A stretch of 62,012 nucleotides of DNA. Source: an uncultured virus (IMG/VR IMGVR_UViG_3300042894_008159). Taxonomy: Duplodnaviria; Heunggongvirae; Uroviricota; Caudoviricetes. Positions within the stretch are counted from its first letter, which is position 1. Each line of letters opens with the position of its first letter. The stretch is taken from the IMG/VR virus record IMGVR_UViG_3300042894_008159, positions 62,001-124,012 of that record; one strand, 5' to 3'. A program made the translations under genes and the position numbers. The notes beneath the pieces were generated by a model that did not search any database, was not told where the DNA came from, and saw only the letters and a program-made list of their open reading frames with translations. Below are positions 56,601 through 62,012 of this stretch, piece after piece.

Positions 56601-59158
56601 GAACCAGATGACCCACTAGATCCAGAGGATCCTGATGAACCTGAGGTTCCCCTAGTACCAGAAGAGCCTGAAGTTCCGGAAGAACCAGAGGATCCACTAG
56701 ATCCAGATGAACCAGATGTTCCAGAAGATCCTGATGATCCTGAGGATCCACTCGAACCAGAAGATCCCGAAGAACCAGAAGAGCCTGAAGTTCCGGAAGA
56801 ACCAGAGGATCCACTAGATCCTGATGAACCAGATGTTCCAGAAGAGCCAGAGGATCCGCTAGATCCAGAGGATCCAGATGAACCTGATGTTCCAGAAGAT
56901 CCTGAGGATCCACTTGAACCAGAAGATCCCGAAGAACCAGATGATCCTGATGAACCAGATGTTCCAGAAGAGCCAGATGATCCGCTAGATCCAGAGGATC
57001 CAGATGAACCTGATGTTCCAGAAGATCCAGAAGATCCGCTAGATCCAGATGAACCTGATGTTCCAGAAGATCCCGAGGATCCACTAGAACCAGAAGATCC
57101 CGAAGAACCAGATGATCCTGATGAACCAGATGTTCCAGAAGATCCAGATGATCCGCTAGATCCAGAGGATCCAGATGAACCTGAAGTTCCAGAAGAACCA
57201 GACGATCCCGAGGATCCACTTGAACCAGATGACCCACTAGATCCAGAGGATCCTGATGAACCTGAGGTTCCCCTAGTACCAGAAGAGCCTGAAGTTCCGG
57301 AAGACCCAGAGGATCCGCTAGATCCAGATGAACCTGATGTTCCAGAAGATCCTGAGGATCCTGATGATCCACTCGAACCAGAAGATCCCGAAGAACCAGA
57401 TGATCCTGACGAACCAGATGTTCCCATAGTACCAGAAGAGCCTGAGGTTCCGGAAGAACCAGAAGAACCTGAGGATCCACTTGATCCAGATGAACCAGAG
57501 GTTCCAGAAGAACCAGAAGATCCGCTAGATCCAGAGGATCCCGATGAACCAGAAGAACCAGATGATCCTGACGAACCGGATGTTCCAGAAGAACCTGATG
57601 ACCCCGAAGATCCACTGGAGCCCGAAGAACCAGACGTTCCAGAAGATCCAGATGATCCTGAAGATCCACTCGAACCAGAAGATCCAGATGTTCCGCTAGA
57701 TCCAGATGATCCGCTAGATCCAGAAGAACCACTCGAACCAGAAGAACCAGAAGATCCCGATGAACCAGACGTTCCTCTTGTACCGGAAGAACCCGATGAT
57801 CCGCTAGATCCGGAGGATCCTGAAGAACCAGATGTTCCAGAAGAGCCAGACGATCCCGAGGATCCACTCGAACCAGAAGAACCAGAAGATCCCGATGAGC
57901 CACTAGTTCCTGATGTACCATTTACACCAGATAGTCCAGAAGTACCATTAGATCCCGAGGATCCACTAGTTCCAGATGTACCATTTACACCAGATAGTCC
58001 AGAAGTACCTGAAGATCCAGATGAACCAGAAGATCCGCTAGATCCCGAGGATCCACTCGAACCAGATGAACCAGAAGAACCAGAGGATCCGCTAGATCCG
58101 GATGAACCTGAAGATCCGCTAGATCCAGAAGATCCCGATGAACCCGAAGTTCCAGAAGAACCTGATGATCCCGAAGATCCACTAGATCCAGAAGACCCCG
58201 AAGATCCGCTCGATCCAGATGAACCAGATGTTCCAGAAGAACCAGATGATCCAGAAGATCCACTCGACCCAGAAGAACCAGATGATCCAGAAGAACCACT
58301 AGATCCAGATGAACCAGAAGTTCCAGAAGAACCAGATGATCCAGAAGTTCCACTCGATCCAGAAGAACCAGACGATCCAGAAGATCCACTCGATCCAGAA
58401 GAACCTGATGTACCAGAAGATCCACTAGATCCAGATGAACCAGAAGTTCCAGAAGAACCCGAAGATCCAGAAGAACCCGAAGATCCAGAAGAACCAGATG
58501 ATCCAGAAGAACCAGAGGATCCTGAAGATCCACTTGAACCAGATGAACCTGAAGTTCCAGAAGATCCAGAAGAGCCAGAGGATCCCGAGGATCCACTTGA
58601 ACCGGATGATCCAGAAGATCCGGATGTACCAGAAGAACCAGAGGATCCTGAAGATCCACTAGATCCAGATGTTCCTCTAGTTCCAGAAGAGCCAGAGGAT
58701 CCTGAAGATCCACTCGATCCGGATGATCCCGAAGTTCCAGAAGAACCAGATGATCCAGAAGAACCACTTGATCCGGATGTACCGGAAGTTCCGGCAGAAA
58801 CTTGCCATCCGGAACCGGTATATCTATAAATTTGTCCATCCGAGGAATTAAAAATTATCATCCCCACTGCTGGATTAGGTACAGAATTTATGTCATTAAA
58901 AATAGGAAGAATTAAACCACTCCCTTTTACAAAAGAAGCATCGTTAATAAGTACATTTCCAGCTGTTGCCCCTGTTGCCTGAATAAAAATTGAATCGCTC
59001 TGTCCAGAAGGATATATTCTAATTGAACCATTGTCCAACACCTGAAAAGTTATTGGCTGATTTTCAGCAGTACCCCCGGCACCAAAGAATTTAAGAGTAC
59101 CTTGCCTAGGTTCAATCTGTATGTTTTTTCCTGAAGTTCCAAAAGGTCCGGTTGGCAT
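50621..59158 (-). CDS. Giant fibre protein: N-terminal anchor, (Gly-Ser/Thr-Ser)n shaft, beta-helical repeat head, C-terminal S74-type intramolecular chaperone
   Basis: 2845 aa; Gly at every third residue over 53750..58792; N(V/T)A(V/I)G..AL repeats; SDIRLKKNI...G.IAQE....PEAV...LVNAIQEL...IE.LE. Confidence 0.88.
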   Translation of the reverse strand: MPTGPFGTSGKNIQIEPRQGTLKFFGAGGTAENQPITFQVLDNGSIRIYPSGQSDSIFIQATGATAGNVLINDASFVKGSGLILPIFNDINSVPNPAVGMIIFNSSDGQIYRYTGSGWQVSAGTSGTSGSSGSSGSSGSSGTSGSSGSSGSSGSSGSSGTRGTSGSSGSSGSSGSSGTSGSSGSSGSSGSSGSSGSSGSSGTSGSSGSSGSSGSSGSSGSSGSSGSSGSSGSSGSSGTSGSSGSSGSSGTSGSSGSSGSSGSSGSSGSSGTSGSSGSSGTSGSSGSSGSSGSSGSSGSSGSSGSSGSSGTSGSSGSSGSSGSSGSSGSSGSSGSSGTSGSSGSSGSSGSSGSSGSSGSSGSSGSSGSSGSSGSSGSSGSSGSSGTSGLSGVNGTSGTSGSSGSNGTSGLSGVNGTSGTSGSSGSSGSSGSSGSSGSSGSSGTSGSSGSSGSSGSSGSSGTRGTSGSSGSSGSSGSSGSSGSSGSSGSSGTSGSSGSSGSSGSSGSSGTSGSSGSSGSSGSSGSSGTSGSSGSSGSSGSSGSSGSSGSSGSSGTSGSSGSSGSSGSSGSSGTSGSSGTMGTSGSSGSSGSSGSSGSSGSSGSSGSSGTSGSSGSSGSSGSSGTSGSSGTRGTSGSSGSSGSSGSSGSSGSSGSSGSSGTSGSSGSSGSSGSSGSSGTSGSSGSSGSSGSSGSSGSSGSSGTSGSSGSSGSSGSSGTSGSSGSSGSSGSSGSSGTSGSSGSSGSSGSSGSSGSSGSSGTSGSSGSSGSSGSSGSSGTSGSSGSSGSSGSSGTSGSSGSSGSSGSSGSSGSSGSSGTSGSSGSSGSSGSSGTSGSSGTRGTSGSSGSSGSSGSSGSSGSSGSSGSSGTSGSSGSSGTSGSSGSSGSSGSSGTRGTSGSSGSSGSSGSSGTSGSSGSSGSSGSSGSSGSSGSSGSSGSSGTSGSSGSSGSSGSSGSSGSSGSSGSSGTSGSSGSSGSSGSSGSSGSSGSSGSSGSSGTSGSSGSSGSSGSSGSSGTSGSSGSSGSSGSSGTSGSSGSSGSSGTSGSSGSSGSSGSSGSSGTSGSSGSSGSSGSSGSSGSSGTSGSSGSSGSSGSSGSSGSSGSSGSSGTSGSSGSSGSSGSSGTSGSSGSSGSSGSSGSSGTSGSSGSSGSSGSSGSSGSSGSSGSSGSSGTSGSSGSSGSSGSSGTRGTSGSSGSSGSSGSSGSSGSSGSSGSSGTSGSSGSSGSSGSSGSSGSSGSSGSSGTSGSSGSSGSSGSSGSSGSSGTSGSSGSSGSSGSSGSSGSSGSSGSSGTSGSSGSSGSSGSSGTRGTSGSSGSSGSSGSSGTSGSSGSSGSSGSSGSSGSSGSSGSSGSSGTSGSSGSSGSSGSSGSSGSSGTSGSSGSSGSSGSSGSSGSSGTSGSSGSSGSSGSSGSSGSSGSSGSSGSSGTSGSSGSSGSSGSSGTRGTSGSSGSSGSSGSSGSSGSSGSSGTSGSSGSSGSSGSSGTSGSSGSSGSSGSSGSSGSSGSSGSSGSSGTSGSSGSSGSSGSSGSSGTSGSSGSSGSSGSSGSSGSSGSSGSSGTSGSSGSSGSSGSSGSSGTSGSSGSSGTSGSSGSSGSSGSSGSSGTSGSSGTRGTSGSSGSSGSSGSSGSSGSSGSSGSSGTSGSSGSSGSSGSSGSSGSSGSSGSSGSSGTSGSSGSSGSSGSSGSSGTSGSSGSSGSSGSSGSSGSSGSSGSSGSSGTSGSSGSSGSSGSSGSSGTSGSSGSSGSSGSSGSSGSSGSSGSSGSSGTSGSSGSSGSSGSSGSSGTSGSSGSSGSSGSSGSSGSSGTSGFATLSGSTDNGVLTLNGSSPNVTVESDLTYTSPTLSFTGTGSPTTGASQIYLNGVTSNRIDFNTNGAGPPAFTTRSAGTKVVLYPSVGAASVDIGMGYMADGGVPSMWYSIIGSAANGAYYWYAGTTQIMALVNLAAGTRRLDLTAGTVTNPSISAGLNSADTNTGIYFPAADTIGFVEGGVEVMRIHDTGRITIGGTTAPTFTLEVLSSDMAVNSVRVGRGAGSIATNVVLGPTALNANTTGANNVAIGSSALDVNTTGVQNIAIGSDSLGANLINSNNVAVGFNSLLLNTADNNVAIGSRALDANTTGTPNVAIGTDALGANATGTNNVALGHNALLLNTTNNNVAVGSRALDANTTGTPNVAIGTDALGANATGTNNVALGHNALLLNTTNNNVAIGSLALDANTTGTPNVAVGTNALGVNNTGANNVAVGHQTLDANTTGVRNVAVGNEALGAVATGTDNTAFGHNALLLNTTNNNVAIGSLALDANTTGTPNVAVGTNALGLNNTGANNVAVGHQTLDANTTGVRNVAVGNEALGAVATGVDNTAFGHNALLLNTVSNNVAIGSLALDANTTGTPNVAVGTNALGLNTTGANNVAVGHQTLDANTTGVQNVAIGNDALGANATNSNNVAVGHNALLLNTADNNVAVGSRALDSNTTGTPNVAIGTLALEANTTGANNVAVGHSALDVNTTGIQNVAVGNDALGANATNSNNVAVGHNALLLNTADNNVAVGSRALDSNTTGTPNLAVGFNALGVNTTGANNVAVGYQALDDNTTGIQNVAIGNDALGANVVNSNNVAIGHNALLLSTADNNVAVGSQALDSNTTGDNNLAAGSASLSSNTTGNQNTAVGSESLKNVTVGARNVAAGYQAGSQLINGTGNVIIGRGAEGSATNAVNQIVIGDLAGGIADDTAFIGGTNGAYNGQNDPSWQVNSDIRLKKNIIDNSQGLSIINSIRVRNFEYRKEDEIIEIPKNRAIKKPGIQIGVIAQEFQLIIPEAVSETSDGVLSVNSSRVTWHLVNAIQELTSRIETLEKSLPKD
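51000..53110 (-). repeat. 13-14-aa N-V-A-V/I-G-x-x-A-L beta-helix-type repeats with recent block duplications
   Basis: Visible in translation; near-identical DNA blocks repeated around 52560-52850, 52010-52560 and 51500-51900. Boundaries approximate. Confidence 0.85.
53750..58792 (-). repeat. About 560 tandem 9-bp units encoding Gly-X-Y (mostly GSS/GTS)
   Basis: 5043 bp = 1681 codons; variant triplets (GTR, GLS, GVN, GSN, GTM) keep the Gly register. Confidence 0.95.
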
Positions 59159-59160
59159 GA

Positions 59161-62012
59161 TTACTTATTACTTTGTATATATTCAACTACCAAACGCTCA
59201 ACATCCTTTCTCTCGGCAAAAACGGTGTAAAAAAGATTTATTTCTTCACAATTGCCGCCAATTAAAATTTTGTTATCTAGAATTTCTTCTACGAAGTAAA
59301 GACAAGGCTTTCCTATAGGGGTTAGAATTACGGATATTGAATCAGAATGAATTAGATCCGCCCAATAATAAGGTAAAAGGATTTCTTTGCAATTTTGGAG
59401 ACGCCCCCTAACAAACACACCAACTTCTGGACCTTCCAAAACCGAATATCTCAATCTCCATGGTTCCTTTTTAGAAGGATGAAGAATATCAAAATTCTTT
59501 TGATTTGCGTTTATTATGTCGAAGTTGTCCAAAATGTTTGTTCCATCTCCATCAATATTTCCTCCAGCTTTCATATTGATACTACCGCCGTTAGTCTGAA
59601 GTTCTGCTCCATTTATCTTGACAGTATTACCAGTTGAATCTATCGCAACAGGGATACTTCCCAAAGAAATAACAGTTCCATTGTCAGTTATAGAGGAGTT
59701 CCCTATTGTTGTTGAACTTGTGAATTTAACTACAGTGTTTGTTGTTCCCGAAACAGAAACTGATGTTCCAGATGTACCAGAAGTTCCCCTGGTTCCAGAA
59801 GATCCCGATGTACCAGAAGAACCGGATGTACCAGAAGATCCACTAGATCCAGATGAACCGGAGGATCCAGAAGAACCTGAAGATCCAGACGATCCACTTG
59901 ATCCAGAAGAACCTGATGTTCCAGAAGAACCAGATGATCCTGAAGATCCACTTGATCCAGAAGAACCAGAAGTTCCTCTGGTTCCAGAAGAACCTGATGT
60001 TCCAGAAGAACCAGACGATCCGGAAGATCCGGATGTACCAGATGATCCACTAGATCCAGATGAACCGGATGATCCAGAAGAACCCGATGACCCACTTGAA
60101 CCAGAAGATCCCGATGTTCCAGAAGATCCGGATGATCCACTTGAACCAGAAGAGCCGGATGTACCAGAGGATCCACTAGATCCAGATGAACCGGATGATC
60201 CAGAAGAACCGGACGTTCCGGAAGATCCTGAAGATCCACTCGAACCAGAAGATCCGCTAGATCCAGAAGATCCTGATGAACCAGATGTTCCAGAAGACCC
60301 GGAGGATCCGCTGGATCCAGATGATCCTGAAGAGCCAGATGTTCCAGAAGACCCGGATGATCCTGAAGATCCGCTAGATCCAGAAGATCCTGATGAACCA
60401 GATGTTCCAGAAGACCCGGATGATCCGCTGGATCCAGATGATCCTGAAGAACCAGATGTTCCAGAAGACCCGGATGATCCTGAGGATCCACTAGATCCAG
60501 AAGATCCTGAAGAACCAGATGTTCCAGAAGACCCGGATGATCCGCTGGATCCAGATGATCCTGAAGAACCAGAGGATCCCGAGGATCCACTAGAACCAGA
60601 GGATCCAGATGAACCAGAGGTTCCTGAAGAACCAGAGGTTCCTGAAGAACCAGAAGATCCAGACGAACCGGAGGATCCAGAAGAACCTGAAGATCCACTT
60701 GATCCAGAAGAACCAGAAGTTCCTCTGGTTCCAGAAGAACCAGAAGATCCTGATGATCCACTAGATCCAGAAGAACCTGAAGAACCTGATGTTCCAGAAG
60801 AACCTGACGACCCGCTTGAACCTGAAGAACCCGATGTTCCGGAAGAACCAGACGATCCAGAAGATCCGCTAGACCCTGAAGAACCTGAAGATCCGGATGT
60901 TCCGGAAGAACCTGATGATCCGCTTGATCCAGATGAACCAGATGTTCCAGAAGAACCTGATGACCCGCTAGAACCTGAAGAACCCGATGTTCCGGATGAA
61001 CCTGATGATCCAGAAGAACCCGAAGATCCAGAAGATCCACTGGATCCAGAAGAACCAGAAGATCCGGATGTTCCTGAAGAACCTGAAGATCCACTTGATC
61101 CAGAAGACCCAGATGTACCAGAAGAACCAGAAGATCCGCTTGATCCAGAAGAACCGGAAGATCCAGATGTACCAGAAGAACCTGAAGATCCACTTGATCC
61201 AGAAGACCCAGATGTACCAGAAGATCCAGAGGATCCACTCGAACCAGAAGAACCTGATGTACCTGAGGATCCACTAGATCCAGATGAACCGGATGTACCA
61301 GAAGATCCACTAGATCCAGATGAACCGGAGGATCCAGAGGAACCGGAAGATCCAGATGTTCCAGAAGAACCAGATGATCCAGAAGATCCACTTGATCCAC
61401 TTGATCCAGATGTACCAGAAGACCCAGAGGATCCACTTGAACCAGAAGAGCCGGATGTACCAGAGGATCCACTAGATCCAGATGAACCGGAGGATCCAGA
61501 GGAACCGGAAGATCCAGAGGATCCAGATGTTCCAGAAGAACCAGATGATCCAGAAGATCCACTTGATCCAGATGTACCAGAAGACCCAGAGGATCCACTT
61601 GAACCAGAAGAGCCGGATGTACCAGAGGATCCACTAGATCCAGATGAACCGGATGATCCAGAAGAACCCGATGACCCGCTTGTACCAGAAGATCCACTAG
61701 ATCCAGATGAACCGGAGGATCCGGAAGATCCGCTAGATCCCGAAGAACCGGAAGATCCAGAAGATCCGCTAGACCCAGAAGAACCTGATGTTCCCGAAGA
61801 ACCCGATGATCCACTTGATCCAGAAGAACCTGAAGATCCAGAGGTTCCGGAAGAACCAGAAGATCCAGAAGATCCAGATGTTCCTGAAGAACCTGAAGAT
61901 CCACTTGATCCAGAAGAACCTGAAGATCCGGATGTTCCCGAAGAACCAGATGATCCGCTTGATCCAGATGAACCGGATGTTCCAGAAGAACCCGATGTCC
62001 CACTAGAACCCG
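59161..62012 (-). CDS. Second GSS-repeat fibre protein, 5' end beyond the window; C-terminal chaperone-like domain
   Basis: The track's 59161..59664 frame continues upstream (...GTSGTSVSVSGTTNTVVKFTSSTTIGNSSITDNG...) through GSS repeats to the edge; C-terminus K.F.I.HP....L....LEGPE..V..RG...LP.YW..L...LTP.G...ERKD. Confidence 0.85.
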   Translation of the reverse strand, partial: GSSGTSGSSGTSGSSGSSGSSGSSGTSGSSGSSGSSGSSGSSGTSGSSGSSGSSGTSGSSGSSGSSGSSGSSGTSGSSGSSGSSGSSGSSGSSGSSGSSGSSGSSGSSGTSGSSGSSGSSGSSGSSGSSGTSGSSGSSGSSGSSGTSGSSGSSGSSGSSGTSGSSGSSGSSGSSGSSGSSGSSGTSGSSGSSGSSGSSGTSGSSGSSGSSGSSGSSGTSGSSGSSGSSGSSGSSGSSGTSGSSGSSGSSGTSGSSGSSGSSGSSGTSGSSGSSGSSGSSGTSGSSGSSGSSGSSGSSGTSGSSGSSGSSGSSGTSGSSGSSGSSGSSGSSGSSGSSGSSGTSGSSGSSGSSGSSGTSGSSGSSGSSGSSGTSGSSGSSGSSGSSGSSGSSGTSGSSGSSGSSGSSGTSGSSGSSGSSGSSGSSGSSGTRGTSGSSGSSGSSGSSGSSGSSGSSGSSGTSGSSGTSGSSGSSGSSGSSGSSGSSGSSGSSGSSGSSGTSGSSGSSGSSGSSGSSGSSGTSGSSGSSGSSGSSGSSGTSGSSGSSGSSGSSGSSGSSGTSGSSGSSGSSGSSGSSGTSGSSGSSGSSGSSGSSGSSGSSGTSGSSGSSGSSGSSGSSGTSGSSGSSGSSGSSGTSGSSGSSGSSGSSGSSGSSGSSGSSGTSGSSGSSGSSGTSGSSGTRGTSGSSGSSGSSGSSGSSGTSGSSGSSGSSGSSGSSGSSGSSGSSGSSGTSGSSGTSGSSGTRGTSGTSGTSVSVSGTTNTVVKFTSSTTIGNSSITDNGTVISLGSIPVAIDSTGNTVKINGAELQTNGGSINMKAGGNIDGDGTNILDNFDIINANQKNFDILHPSKKEPWRLRYSVLEGPEVGVFVRGRLQNCKEILLPYYWADLIHSDSISVILTPIGKPCLYFVEEILDNKILIGGNCEEINLFYTVFAERKDVERLVVEYIQSNK
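59761..62012 (-). repeat. At least ~250 Gly-Ser/Thr-Ser triplet units, truncated by the window
   Basis: Same 9-bp degenerate unit as 53750..58792. Confidence 0.93.

Noticed and set aside
53688..58829. 1713-aa + strand Pro/Glu/Asp ORF and the 1403-, 284- and 757-aa Leu/Asp/His ORFs in other minus frames
   Set aside because: Shadow frames of the 9-bp GSS repeat, which rarely generates stops; they begin and end with the repeat and have no unique domains.
1..62012. Stop-codon reassignment as in some large phages
   Set aside because: Core genes are full length in code 11, and TAG (22222, 30446, 50621) and TGA end genes at sensible boundaries.

Overview
A 62 kb segment of a large T4-like contractile-tailed phage genome, almost all on the minus strand and read in standard code 11. 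The host is probably Bacteroidota (inference: A-rich starts without Shine-Dalgarno, one TAnnTTTG promoter, a PolB-exo2-type exonuclease). It holds a head module (capsid protein, a protease-scaffold fusion with 14 repeats of 14 aa, candidate internal proteins), replication and repair genes (FEN/RNase H, clamp loader, ligase, guanylate kinase, dCMP deaminase), two tandem portal paralogs, a gp55-like and an ECF sigma factor, and a tail module (chaperone pair, two tubes, sheath, terminase, neck). A fibre/glycosylation island lies at 44-62 kb. The top candidate system is phage-encoded protein O-heptosylation: a TibC/AAH-family heptosyltransferase and three more glycosyltransferases sit beside two giant Gly-Ser-Ser fibre genes (about 560 uninterrupted G-X-Y triplets in one), and an HldE-type heptose-7-phosphate kinase lies right after the portal genes. 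Also seen: two candidate programmed frameshifts, a three-tier promoter/sigma cascade and two apparent pseudo-enzymes. All family calls come from motif recognition by eye, not database searches.
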